Assembly (NCBI GenBank): GCA_045599245.1
Contig: JAZRVP010000136.1
Location: 34,555 to 98,554 of the forward strand
DNA: 64,000 bases
DNA from: Myxococcota bacterium
Lineage (GTDB): Bacteria > Myxococcota_A > Bradymonadia > UBA4248
Reading direction: 5' to 3'
Each line of letters opens with the position of its first letter. Position 1 is the stretch's first letter. The notes under the pieces were generated by a model. The model was not told the origin of the DNA. It made no database searches and saw only the letters and a list, made by a program, of their open reading frames with translations. The translations under genes were made by a program, and so were the position numbers. Shown here in pieces: positions 40,401 through 50,800 of the stretch.

Positions 40401-41372
40401 ACGAACCTGGACACGTTCTGGGTTGGAAGTGTTGTGAGCAAGGATGTCCAGAGTACGCTGGATGCATTGAATGCGCGGTTTTATTCGTACACGACGACAA
40501 ATCCGGCCTACAGCGTGGCGTGTCTGCCGGGGAGCATGGAGCCTCCCTACCAGAGTCCAATCTGTGCCCTTGTAGGCAATGAAATATATGACGGCATACA
40601 GTATTGTAAAAACATGTACAGCAAGTCGTGCAAAGTTGCGCCGACAGCATTGACAGGATGTGGAACCTATTCGTCATGCAAAATAGGCTGTTCGACGAAC
40701 AGTTCCCGCATAGGCTGTGCAGGTTTTCGCCGGGATGCGATTCGCATTATCATTCAGGCCTTTGACGAGGATGACTGCATATACAATACTGGCGGCAATG
40801 AACGATGTCCTGCCTTCCAATCCGACATAGGCAAGGTCCTCAAAAATTTCAAGACGCGATTTATCGGTCTTTGGGGCAGTTATACGCAGTCGATTGCGCA
40901 GGATATCAGCCAGCAGGTCAACGGAACGAACAAATATGCGTACAAGGCGACGGACTCAGAGCTGGCAAACAAAACGCTCCAGGGAATAAGAGAAATCACG
41001 CAGGGGATGCCGCTGGACATCACGTCGAGCATCGAAGACATTGATGAAAACGCGAGCAAACTCATCGAGAAACTCGAAATCAATCTGGCGGGTGGAGATA
41101 TCGTTCAGAACCGACGATGTGCGAAGATCACGAACACGATCACGGATTCCGGGAGCATCACGCCGGGGATATCGCAGCTCACGCCGGGGACGGTTGTGTG
41201 TTACGATGTGATTCCGGTTGAAAATCAGAGCATATTCCCGGCAAAAGACGAGCCGCAGGTGTTCAAAGCGCGAGTGAAACTTTCCGGCGACGGTTCAGTA
41301 TTGAATTCAGGTGTGGCCTATTTTCTGGTTCCTCCGGTCATTGAAGATGACAAGGGAGAGGCAGGAGAATGA
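37464..41372 (+). CDS. Cys-rich lipoprotein adhesin with TSP3-like Ca-binding repeats and a beta-integrin-like VWA domain (CglD-like architecture, about 1302 aa)
   Basis: Lipobox FLMSC; Cys-rich repeats; at least 8 DxDxDGxxD motifs; DLFFIFDYTGSMGDEI MIDAS-like motif; C-terminal PGTVVCYDVIP...PQVFKARV...YFLVPP. Confidence 0.75.
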   Translation: MLKRTIMMLMCCCAAAPFLMSCSEESNDGKKEECPATCPKGCKEDGVTCKEEVKPECPESCTNGCKEDGTTCKEEVKPECPETCTNGCEEDGVTCREAKPTCPETCTNGCEADGVTCREVKQKCPAECPKGTKCNYEKGECETIPMFSCPSKCPDDAYCDETTSNQCMKKVAEETCPVCPDGSLCDDTTAGKCVQDGKSICPKCSEGSRCDETKGRCVTAGGDDACPECAVGICDETKHVCVMDSQEQVCPKCASGSYCNETTMGHCVQDSNPNLPGCPACPQGAYCDDTTNGLCRNKGYVEPEIHECEPGELRCYRDVLQKCSDSFVFVDEENCAAHNEEEGADMKACFANSKGKIGCHITECTPGTSKCKSNEIQYCDEFHQYQLGENCLSKEETPICETAGNAASCVAKCENGTSKCVGKTIMACNESGLFKLSKTCKATQDCVQTDESASCVDHECKANESKCEGSVLYTCSNGWWKAGTNCEVIGELCIQNEKTASCVERKCEENKKTCDGIYLRTCEKNALVNTSCKSLGSDYQCIEKVAGQAECKEVIVFNLGMSDKDNDSIADWIECNYEEETKDEDIDYSKCDAIDTDGDTTPDYLDEDSDGDTIPDSEEANNDRGRYEPDDADYDEIPNYRDLDSDNNGIPDKDEYQNGRDLDNNGTPDYLDYDNDGDGFSDAEEIHGIIVTKPAPPEGHFSGSCDGRNLIGDASNPVDCDGDTTPDYNDPDSDGDGLPDRIEGMIRLASNGFLARYSKDIDGDGIDDKTECGVDIESENLSLSSCLDSDCYNTKDENGCYVYGYNSASCDGIPDMLEKDSDGDGLTDAFERKWLSDATKTDTDGDCVTDLIEYGAQTDPTNPKDNPQTKGNFVFVVPYLEASSPKKQSLSFETSVQAMDLFFIFDYTGSMGDEIASLATGLNKILDTLQCKDYNRECLDNSDCNDIENAICSESGRCIQSPSFGDGCIDKMQSGIGFYTNLDTFWVGSVVSKDVQSTLDALNARFYSYTTTNPAYSVACLPGSMEPPYQSPICALVGNEIYDGIQYCKNMYSKSCKVAPTALTGCGTYSSCKIGCSTNSSRIGCAGFRRDAIRIIIQAFDEDDCIYNTGGNERCPAFQSDIGKVLKNFKTRFIGLWGSYTQSIAQDISQQVNGTNKYAYKATDSELANKTLQGIREITQGMPLDITSSIEDIDENASKLIEKLEINLAGGDIVQNRRCAKITNTITDSGSITPGISQLTPGTVVCYDVIPVENQSIFPAKDEPQVFKARVKLSGDGSVLNSGVAYFLVPPVIEDDKGEAGE
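37560..37830 (+). repeat. Coding tandem repeat of about 69 bp (CPE(T/S)CTNGCxEDGxTCxExKP) x4
   Basis: Visible in both the protein and the DNA (GTCAAACCTGAATGTCCCGAAA). Confidence 0.8.
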
Positions 41373-41422
41373 CCCTGAAGCAGGCGATAAGATTGCGCGT
41401 CTAATAGATACGACGCGCGTCG

Positions 41423-41463
41423 AGCCGGGCTATTGCAAATTGCAATACGCCCGGCTTTTTTTG
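41423..41463 (+). terminator. Terminator formed by a bulged-hairpin copy
   Basis: AGCCGGGCTATTGCA-AAT-TGCAATA(C)GCCCGGCT followed by a T-run, between convergent genes. Confidence 0.75.
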
Positions 41464-41492
41464 ATTGTGTTCCGTTACAGCCAAGTACATCC

Positions 41493-42707
41493 TCATCGAA
41501 TGCCGTATTTTTGGATGATATAATCCATATCCTTGTCACCGCGTCCCGAAAGGTTGACGAGAATAGCTCCTGTTTTGAGCTGTTTTGCCATTCGAATGGC
41601 GTATGCAACCGCATGACTGCTTTCGAGAGCGGGAATAATGCCTTCCTTTCTGGAGAGCAAAAAGAAAGCATCAATGGCCTCCTCATCGCCGACGGTATCA
41701 TATTTGACGCGGCCGATATCACGAAGGAGACAATGTTCAGGTCCGGATCCTGGATAATCAAGTCCGGAAGCGATGGAATAGACAGGCGCAGGCTCACCGT
41801 TATCATCTATTAACATGATTGTCTTAAAGCCGTGCATAATGCCCGGCGTGCCATACGTCAAGCTGGCGGCATGCTGTCCGATCATGGGGCCAAGTCCCAG
41901 AGGTTCAACGCCGTACAATTTGACATCTTCATCGGCGAGGAAACCGGAAAAAATGCCCATTGCATTGGAACCACCGCCGACACAGGCCACGACGTGATCT
42001 GGAAGAATCCCTGTCATTTCGAGAAACTGTTCCCGTGCCTCAACGCCAATGACATGCTGAAAATCTCTCACGAGCATTGGAAATGGATGCGGTCCCATGA
42101 CCGAACCAATGCAGTAGATGGCGTCGTGATACTCCTTGAGATAGGCATCGAAAGCCGCATCAACAGCCTCTTTGAGGGTCTGAAGACCATGCGTGACAGG
42201 AATGACATTGGCCCCGAGTATTTTCATTCTGGCGACATTAGGCGCCTGTTTGGCGATATCAACTGCCCCCATATAAACATCACATTCGAGCCCAAAATAA
42301 GCGGCCGCAGTCGCAATCGCAACACCATGCTGTCCGGCACCGGTTTCGGCTATGAGCTTTTTCTTGCCCATATATTTGGCCAGAAGCCCCTCACCCATGC
42401 AATGATTGAGCTTGTGGGCACCTGTGTGGTTCAAGTCTTCACGTTTGGCATAAATCTGAACACAGCCAAGTGAATTGGAAAGACGTTCCAGGTGAGAAAT
42501 CGGCGTGGGACGCCCCTGAAATTCCTTACGAATTTTGCGCAAATCACTGATGAACTTTGCCGATTTACTGATGGTATCATAGGCATAAGTGATTTCATCA
42601 ATGGCAACCTGCAAATTTTCGGGAAGAAAACTACCTCCATAAGGCCCGAAAAAGCCGTCCTCATTGGGGGTATTTTTAAGATATGAGTCGAGATTGTTAA
42701 TCTTCAT
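41493..42707 (-). CDS. trpB: Tryptophan synthase beta subunit (about 404 aa)
   Basis: [25 protein letters not shown] (PLP Lys), [32 protein letters not shown] and NLSGRGDKD motifs. Confidence 0.97.
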   Translation of the reverse strand: MKINNLDSYLKNTPNEDGFFGPYGGSFLPENLQVAIDEITYAYDTISKSAKFISDLRKIRKEFQGRPTPISHLERLSNSLGCVQIYAKREDLNHTGAHKLNHCMGEGLLAKYMGKKKLIAETGAGQHGVAIATAAAYFGLECDVYMGAVDIAKQAPNVARMKILGANVIPVTHGLQTLKEAVDAAFDAYLKEYHDAIYCIGSVMGPHPFPMLVRDFQHVIGVEAREQFLEMTGILPDHVVACVGGGSNAMGIFSGFLADEDVKLYGVEPLGLGPMIGQHAASLTYGTPGIMHGFKTIMLIDDNGEPAPVYSIASGLDYPGSGPEHCLLRDIGRVKYDTVGDEEAIDAFFLLSRKEGIIPALESSHAVAYAIRMAKQLKTGAILVNLSGRGDKDMDYIIQKYGIR

Positions 42708-42853
42708 ATTGTTCCTAACTACCAAAAACGCAAAACGCCAAAAATCCCTTTTCCCTTGAGAAAAGTGAGTTTCAGCATTGAAAAAAGACGCCTCAAGCGT
42801 CACTACCCGACGGGTAGATATATTCTATTATTTCATTTATGAAATTGAAAAAT

Positions 42854-42882
42854 AAAAAACGCGCCCAAAGGCGCGTTTTTTA
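42854..42882 (-). terminator. Bidirectional terminator ending the Cys-rich array
   Basis: AAAAAACGCGCC-CAAA-GGCGCGTTTTTT. Confidence 0.85.
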
Positions 42883-42896
42883 ACCGAAAACCGAAA

Positions 42897-45800
42897 TTAC
42901 TTCAGCCACGGAATGTTCACTGTGCTCCCGTTCTTTTCGCTGAATTTCTTCATCGTACTGGACCATGGAGTCTCGCAGCTTGCATCGGAAGCTTTTGAAC
43001 AGCCAGAGAATGTATTCTCCAGCATGATCGATGTATTGCCGCCTGTCTCAAGAGCAAGTGACGCGGCATCTGGAGAAAGACCTCTAAATTCGGGTTCTCC
43101 ATCCCTGCCCATGAAATTCAACTTCGTTGCCTTATCATTCTTATTATCGCGTTTAAGCCAGAATACATTTTTATTTGTCGCCAGCTTCAAATGGTAACGC
43201 AAATCGTCCGGATTAGAATCATCCACCAACTCGACAATACCGTCCGGAACATTATTAAACAGATAATATGAATCGTGAGCAACCGTTGGACTCTTTGCCA
43301 AACCATCGGTATCCGTCGAGGAAAATCTATTAAATCTTACGCCTGAAAAGACATTTTCAAGTGAAAGTTTGCCAGAAATTGCATCAAACAGACCAGCAAT
43401 ATTAGCATTTGATTTTGAATAAACATCGGCATAGTAAACAAAATCTTTCAATGCCACATCATTATTACCAATAGCAAAAATTCCAAAATGTTTTGTTGCT
43501 ATAACATAAGGAATTGCAACAGCCATACGCTCGATTTTGCCGCTTAAATTATTCACGACGCCAACATATCCATCGGGAGCAAGCACTCTGTCGATGACGA
43601 TTTTGACATCGGAAACATTGCTTCCTTCATCAACATCGGAGAACACCATCGAACGATACGAACCCGCAACCTTCACATTTCCTATATGAGCGTCAATATC
43701 TTTAAGTGTACAACCAGACTTGACTTCTCTAACCAGGCCATCCAGGTCACCTTTATAGCTCTCACTGCCGGTTATGGTAATATCGCCAATCTTCAAATTG
43801 ACTTTTTCAAGTGAAGCATTGTTGTTGGAACATGTATTTGCCAAGCCTACGACATAATACGGCGTCGAAATGTTGCCAATCGAAATTGAAACATCAGACA
43901 TCTGTCCGGAATAATTACGACTGATACCGTTGAAATATCCATCAGCATAAGTCGAAACTTTTTTACCACTCTGCGTCACATTTCCCATTTGAATGGAAAC
44001 ATTATTAAGGCTGGCATTGGCAATTTCATTTGCAATGCCATAAACTTCCTTAACATTAGAAATATTACCGATTGAAATCGTTGTTTTATCAGCAATATTT
44101 AATGAATCCTTAGCTAATTTTTCAGCCAAACCATAATATTTTCCACTCAAATTCAAATTTTCGGTCTTGATATCCAGTGAATTCAAGGAATTATTAGAAA
44201 TCGTTTTAGCATACCCATAATAATTAGCTGCCTTAATATCATTGGCTTGTAATTTTGCTGCGCCAGAGATCGTTACATTCGATAAGCTCGTCGCGCCGCC
44301 ATAATAATCGCCGGTTGTCGAAATATTATTGATCACGCGTTTAAAATCACCGGAAACAGAAACCTTCTCAACACTAGATAAAGATGCAACAGTCGATGTC
44401 GCTGTAATATCATTCACTGATATCTCAACATTACCTTTGTGTTCAACCTGACTAACCTTCGTATCTGCAACAGAATAGAAATTACTGGATGAAACATCAT
44501 TGATTTTAATTTTGATATCACCAGATGACGTGACATTACTAATCTCTTTGATGAAACAAACCGGAGACTTGTCGACAAGCATATCTCCAATTTCAACATT
44601 TAAGCCACCGACGAGATTGGTACGTTCCATTTTCCAACCAAGCATTTCAACCGTCCCGGAATCACCATAGATTCTCGAAGCATTAACGCTCGGTGCAATT
44701 AACCATGAATCGGTTGTCGTAAATGCCAAAGCCTTCAAAAGACGATTCTTAATCAAAGCATAATCCGGTATTTCAACAGATGCCTTGCTCACAACACTCG
44801 AATCGATTGTACCAAAAAGACCATTGAAACCATTATTGACAGTACAATTACTCAGTGTGCAATTATCGGTAACATTACCTTTGAACTTGACATTGCGATA
44901 TTGGTTACCATAAGCATCTAACTCAGCTTCGGTCATAATGGAAAATTGATAGGGTTTAGTATCTTTAATCGTGTTTCCATCAATGAAACTTGCATCCATA
45001 CCGAGAATTGGACGCGATTCAAGGTTGATATTGCCGTTTACGGCAATGTCGGAAATGTTGGAAGCCACAATATTCGTTGCAAATACAGAACCGCCAACAC
45101 CACGAACTGAGTAGTTTAACGTCAGATTGCGAACATTGGACTCATTGATTGTGCCAAAGAATGAATCGACGAGAGAACAAGATTTGCCGTCTGCATTCTT
45201 AAAGAAAATGCGGTGATTATTGCCATCGAAATCGACGTGATCGAGCACAATGGGTTCCCAGCGAGCTACGCAAGTCGCATCAGGAATTTCAAAGGGTTTA
45301 TAATCCGAGTCTGTCGTCTTATGAATGACGACTGTCGTCGTTGTGGTGCATTCTCCGCCTTCGGTGTTCTCGCCGCCTTCGGTATTCTCGCCGCCTTCGG
45401 TGTTTGCACAACCTTCGCCGCTTTCAGTCACAATGATTTCCGGCCAATGCGTTTTAATCGCTTCAAACGGAAAATCTTTAATATCTTCTTCGCCGTATGC
45501 TTTTGAAAGATCGACATCTTTCATCAAACGAACGGTAAACGTTGTCTCATGTGATATTTCACAAATGGAAGACTTGCCGTCCGGAATGTCACATCCACCG
45601 CATTCTTTGACTTCAACTACGCCATTATTGCAAACTGCAGCGGATTTTCCATCGGAAGAGCAAACATCGACATAAGTCTCCGGATCGCAGCAATCGCCTT
45701 CGGCGAGTGTGGTAGCATCTTCAGCTGGCACATTGCAGGTGTTGCAGTTCGTCTCGCCGCAACCGTAGCCACAGGCTTCTTCGACGACGATGCCGTCTTG

Positions 45801-47792
45801 ACAGCTCAGATATTTATCATCAGCACAAACAGAAACGAATTCCTCCGCAATACAGCAGTTGCCTGCGACCAGTTCCGCACCCTCTTCTGCAACGACACAT
45901 TTTGCACACGATTTATCGTCGCAGCCATACGCACACGTCTCTTCAACGGCAATGCCTTCTTTGCAATAAACCAACGTTCCCTCACTGCAATAAGGCATGA
46001 ATTCATCATTGACGTCGCAGCAATCGCCACCTTTCGGCTCATCATCTTCATCGATGACGCGGCACAAACTGCAACTGTTGTTCAAACAACCAAGTTCACA
46101 TTGTTCAGAGACAATCTTGCCGTCTTTACAAACCAGCAAATTGCCATCAGCACAAACAGGGGCAAACGTTTCCGTACTGCAGCAGTCACCGACAGCGGGA
46201 TCAGCATCTTCGGCAGTCACGGTACAAGCAATGCATGCATTTTCGCCGCATCCAAGCTTGCAATTTTCCTCGACAATGGCGCCATCGACGCAAACCGTAG
46301 CTTTGTCATCTGTACACGTCCCAACATAAGAGGCAGCATCACAGCAGTTACCGACACCGGGATCAGCCCCTTCCTCAGGCTCTGTACAAGCCGTGCATGT
46401 ATTTTCACCGCATCCAAGCACACAATCTTTTTCGACCACGACGCCATCGACGCAAACCAGGGCCTTGTCATCGGAACACGATCCAGCAAAAGCGGCTTCA
46501 ACACAGCAGTCACCCACTGCCAAATTTTCATTATCAGCCGGCACGTTACAGGCAGGCTTCGTTCTATCTTTAGCGAGCTCCACACGAAGACGTTCAAAAT
46601 CTTTTGCATGCCAAATTTCGAAAATCCGGTTGCCGTCCTCATCCGTCACGTAGTTGCAGTCAGTCATTGCATCATCCGTGATATTCGGATTGTATGGACA
46701 AACATCCTCGCTGTCTGCAACGCCATCCTGGTCGGCATCCTCTTCGGGCATTTCAACACAAGCGTTTTTCAAACAGGCATGATTTTCAGGACAATCTTCA
46801 TTGGACAAACATGCATAACAACGGTTGTCCGCTGGATCGCACTTTTTGTCGTCCGAGCAATCGACATCGGCTTCGCATTCAAGTTTGCATGCATTTGAAA
46901 CACAGATTTCGTTTCCGGAACAGTCACTGTTTTCTTTGCACTGAACACAAACAGAGTCTGCGCAAAGCGGCTTATCCTGGGAGCAGTCATCGGACGCCGT
47001 ACTGTCACTACATTCGGGCACGCAGGCATTCCTTTTACAAACCAAAGCACCAGAACAGTCATCATTTTCGATGCATTCAACACAAAGATTGCTGTCACTG
47101 CATTTTTGTCCGGACGAACAATCGCTCGCGGATTTACAGTCAACACATGCGCCGGACATACAGAAACCGCCTTCGCAGTCGGCATCTTCTTTACAGCCGC
47201 TCATGCACTGGCCTTTGTGACATGTCATTCCATCGCCGGAGCAATCTGACGCCTTCTCGCATTCAGGCACGCATCGACTGTTTTTGCAAAGCAAAGCATC
47301 TTTGCAATCCTCGTCTTTGGCGCATTCCGTCTTGCATTTTCCCTCTTTGCAAACGAGTCCATCCGAACAATCGCCATCTTCGGTGCATTCGGGAACACAT
47401 TTATTCGACTTACAGACGGCATCTGTACAATCGGCATCACCGGAGCATTCCAATACACATCGGCTCTGACGGCAAACCTTGTTGTCTTTGCAGTCAAAAT
47501 CAAATTCACATTCGGCTTTGCATTTGTGATCGGTACAAATCAAACCGCCCGAACAATCGGCATTTTCGTTGCATTCAGGGGCACAAAAGCCATCTTTGCA
47601 AACGTCAGGACTTGAACATTCTGCGTTGGTTGTACACGGAGTCACGCAGGTATTAGTTGTGGTATCACAAGTCTGATTATCGGCACATGCACCATTGCAT
47701 GGTTTTGATTTATCGTCATCACCGCAGCTGTTCAAAGACAGTGCTGCAGTTGCTGCAGCGACAACGACAAAAAGCAAACGAGAGTTTTTCAT
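42897..47792 (-). CDS. Giant Cys-rich lipoprotein with a GLUG-type beta-helix C-terminus (1631 aa)
   Basis: GAGGAG RBS; lipobox LSLNSC; about 11 CxxDxDC repeats; one TSP3 motif (DADQDGVADSEDVCP); six 8-Cys repeats; VRLMKDVDL, WEPI and FDGNNHRI motifs, then Asn/Ser-rich beta-helix repeats. Confidence 0.75.
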   Translation of the reverse strand: MKNSRLLFVVVAAATAALSLNSCGDDDKSKPCNGACADNQTCDTTTNTCVTPCTTNAECSSPDVCKDGFCAPECNENADCSGGLICTDHKCKAECEFDFDCKDNKVCRQSRCVLECSGDADCTDAVCKSNKCVPECTEDGDCSDGLVCKEGKCKTECAKDEDCKDALLCKNSRCVPECEKASDCSGDGMTCHKGQCMSGCKEDADCEGGFCMSGACVDCKSASDCSSGQKCSDSNLCVECIENDDCSGALVCKRNACVPECSDSTASDDCSQDKPLCADSVCVQCKENSDCSGNEICVSNACKLECEADVDCSDDKKCDPADNRCYACLSNEDCPENHACLKNACVEMPEEDADQDGVADSEDVCPYNPNITDDAMTDCNYVTDEDGNRIFEIWHAKDFERLRVELAKDRTKPACNVPADNENLAVGDCCVEAAFAGSCSDDKALVCVDGVVVEKDCVLGCGENTCTACTEPEEGADPGVGNCCDAASYVGTCTDDKATVCVDGAIVEENCKLGCGENACIACTVTAEDADPAVGDCCSTETFAPVCADGNLLVCKDGKIVSEQCELGCLNNSCSLCRVIDEDDEPKGGDCCDVNDEFMPYCSEGTLVYCKEGIAVEETCAYGCDDKSCAKCVVAEEGAELVAGNCCIAEEFVSVCADDKYLSCQDGIVVEEACGYGCGETNCNTCNVPAEDATTLAEGDCCDPETYVDVCSSDGKSAAVCNNGVVEVKECGGCDIPDGKSSICEISHETTFTVRLMKDVDLSKAYGEEDIKDFPFEAIKTHWPEIIVTESGEGCANTEGGENTEGGENTEGGECTTTTTVVIHKTTDSDYKPFEIPDATCVARWEPIVLDHVDFDGNNHRIFFKNADGKSCSLVDSFFGTINESNVRNLTLNYSVRGVGGSVFATNIVASNISDIAVNGNINLESRPILGMDASFIDGNTIKDTKPYQFSIMTEAELDAYGNQYRNVKFKGNVTDNCTLSNCTVNNGFNGLFGTIDSSVVSKASVEIPDYALIKNRLLKALAFTTTDSWLIAPSVNASRIYGDSGTVEMLGWKMERTNLVGGLNVEIGDMLVDKSPVCFIKEISNVTSSGDIKIKINDVSSSNFYSVADTKVSQVEHKGNVEISVNDITATSTVASLSSVEKVSVSGDFKRVINNISTTGDYYGGATSLSNVTISGAAKLQANDIKAANYYGYAKTISNNSLNSLDIKTENLNLSGKYYGLAEKLAKDSLNIADKTTISIGNISNVKEVYGIANEIANASLNNVSIQMGNVTQSGKKVSTYADGYFNGISRNYSGQMSDVSISIGNISTPYYVVGLANTCSNNNASLEKVNLKIGDITITGSESYKGDLDGLVREVKSGCTLKDIDAHIGNVKVAGSYRSMVFSDVDEGSNVSDVKIVIDRVLAPDGYVGVVNNLSGKIERMAVAIPYVIATKHFGIFAIGNNDVALKDFVYYADVYSKSNANIAGLFDAISGKLSLENVFSGVRFNRFSSTDTDGLAKSPTVAHDSYYLFNNVPDGIVELVDDSNPDDLRYHLKLATNKNVFWLKRDNKNDKATKLNFMGRDGEPEFRGLSPDAASLALETGGNTSIMLENTFSGCSKASDASCETPWSSTMKKFSEKNGSTVNIPWLK
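45350..45410 (-). repeat. 18-bp coding repeat (NTEGGE) x3
   Basis: ttctccgccttcggtg / ttctcgccgccttcggta / ttctcgccgccttcggtg. Confidence 0.8.
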
Positions 47793-47811
47793 GTTTTCTC
47801 CTCAGTATGGA

Positions 47812-50800
47812 TCAATATTTTGTAATCAAAGTATCAATAAACAAAGCTGCTCCTTTAGAGCGAACATTGGTTGCTGCTTGTGCACCTTTTCCCGGTTCAG
47901 CGATTTCCGGGTCAGCGATATTATTTCCCGCAGAAACAGAGCCAAAGGCTTCATCGCCGTATTTTGCGACGAGCTCCATTGGCAGAGAAAATCCGCAATT
48001 TTCAAGCGTAAAACGATTCTTAGCACTAAAACACGGTTGTTTGGAAGTTGCTTTATCACAATCATCAATGACATTGCGGTTGCAAGCCAACAGATAGGAT
48101 ACGGCGCGTCCAGCGATACCACCGGCGCCGGCGCCGCCGCCGCCGCCATGACCGCCGGCACCGCCGGCTGTTGCTTTCTGACACTGCCAGTTACCTATCA
48201 AGCCGTTCTGTTCTTCATAACCTTTGGAAGTTCCTGCCTTGCCGCCCAAACCGCCGTCTGCGCCGCTTTGGCCCGTACCACCGGAACCGGCAACGGCATG
48301 GATTTTTGTTCCATCGAGCACAATTTTGCTCTCACCGGTTGTCATAGGCATCAACAAAAGACCAATGGCAGAACCGCCAACGCCGCCGGCTTTTCCGCCT
48401 TCGCCGCCGCAACCGCCGCCGCCGCCGCTTCCGGCATTGGCCCAGGCACTGTCTGCGGCGCCCTTACTAAACATCTGATAGACGGAACCACCGCCGCCGC
48501 CGCCGCCGTTACCACCAATCACACCATGAATATCCGTCAGGTCGGCATAATTATCCTTCACTCTGACGACCATGTCATCTTCAAGCCCAGTGTAATCAAG
48601 CTTCAGATTTGCGCTCGTCCCGTTGACACCATTTGCGCCATCTTCACCTGCCGCACCCGTGCCTTTCGCCAGATCGATATCCCCCTTGTCACATCCACCA
48701 TGCGAAACACCACCACTCACGGTAAGACCTGCACCGCCGGCAGCGCCATCTTCTAATCCTTCGTGATCCGCTCCAGCGGCTCCCGATTTGCCCATCGGCT
48801 CGCCATCATATTTCGTAGACGACACGGTATGCGGTTCAGACCTCATATATCCGGCACAGCCACCCTTGCCGCTGCTGACGCCTCCGCACTTATTGTCATC
48901 CGGACAATACTCCTTTGTATAGGATGAATTAACATCATCATCTGCATGTACAAACCCGTTGATGCCATTCACACCATTCGTACCGACAGCCACTTCTCCC
49001 TGAATATCCATGCCATCCGGAGCCGTGACTGTCATCTCGACATTCGTAAGTAACAGTTCCCGGCATCCCGACTTGCCACATGTCAGACCAATGAGCGTCA
49101 CACCTTCCGTTTTAGTCAGGCCCTCTTTAGACGACATTTCAAATGCAATATCCGATATCGAAAGCGAAAATGACTGACTCACCATCATCGGACGTATCAT
49201 CACATAATACGGATCACTCAAGTTCTCGAGAACCCAACTCTGGCGCGACTTGTCTTTATCTTTATGAACCCACAACAGATTCTGCTCTTCCGGCTTCTGA
49301 TTTGACGTCAATCCGCCATAAATGCGAAAATCCGTCGCCGAAAATGAGCCTTCTTGATAACAGGCATATTGATTGGCTTTAAAATCCTTCACATCTTTCG
49401 ATTTTTGGGCCAAATCCGAATGAAACGCAAACAGGCTTGCAAAGGTCACATCCGAAAGCGGCGCCAGCTGCGTCAGTTTTACAATGCTCTCCTTCTCACT
49501 GCTCGGGATCACCAGACCTTCGGTCAAATTCGCCGTTATTTCCTTGTTGACCAGAATGTCGGGATAAACTGAAAACGCTTTCCCGTCCTCATTGTGATAA
49601 ATAACATTTTTCTTACTTAATGCCGCCTTTATCGTGGCAACTGGCTTCAAACCGACGTTTTCTTCGTATTGTCCGCTATTGCTGTCCGATCCTGAATATG
49701 TGCCCTGAATATCCGGATAGACAAATATCGCCGATTTCAAGTCATAGTCGAAGCCGTCACAGTTTGAATCGATGCCGTCGCCATAAAAATCCCACTCTCT
49801 GGCATGGTACAGAGCAATACACGTCTTCTCTGCCCCATCCTCTACCTCAGATATCGACGGCATCGCGCCAATCCGACACAAATTAATCGATCCATCCGCA
49901 TTGACCGGCCCCTCGTAATCGTCACTTTTCTTATATTCGACGTACGTGTTGTCCGTAATAACACATGGATAACGAATTTCCATCGGCTCATGACAGACAT
50001 TCTGCAGACAAATCAAATCTCCCGTGCAGTCGGTATCTTTACCACATTCGACACACCTTACGCCGTCGCAGACTTTCTTTGTGCCGGTGCAATCCGAATT
50101 CTTCGCGCATTCCGCCTTGCAGACTCTGTCCAAACACATATACGGCGCCGGACAGTCACTCGTGTCACTGCACTGCGTCGTACATTTCTGGTCTTTGCAA
50201 TAGGCCGGTGCCGTACACTCGCTATCGTTCTGACACTCTGGACGACAACGATTTTTACGACAAACAAAACCGTCGGAGCAATCCGCATCTTTTTTGCATT
50301 CCTGAACACACTTCTGTGCCTTGCAAATGAGATTTCCACTGCAGTCTTCATCCCGGTTGCACTGAACATTGGGATCGATACAACGATTATCCGAACAATA
50401 AAGCCCCTTGGGACAGTCCCTATCCGTTTCACAGTTCAACGGATCGATGATGCAGCGAGACTCACTGCAGATGTATGACTGCGGACAATCATCCACGGTC
50501 GAACATACAGGAGACTCCTGACATTTTTTATCCAGGCAGAGCAAACCCTCATCACAGTCATCCTGAGACTCGCAGTCTTTTGCCACGCCGCAAACGCCGG
50601 AAAAGCAATCATATCCATTTGGACACGGCGTTGCTTCATCACACGACGGCGCCTTTTGGCAGCCCCCTTCCACACAAAGCTCACCCGCCACGCAATCCGC
50701 AGCCTTTTCACAACTATTTTCAACCTTGTTTAGGCATTTTCCACCCTGGCACGTCTTTCCGTCCTTGCAGTCCGCATCAGACTTGCACTCAGGCTCTTTC

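Noticed and set aside
41318-42473. ORFs overlapping trpB on both strands
   Set aside because: These are shadow or alternate-frame ORFs of a highly conserved gene.
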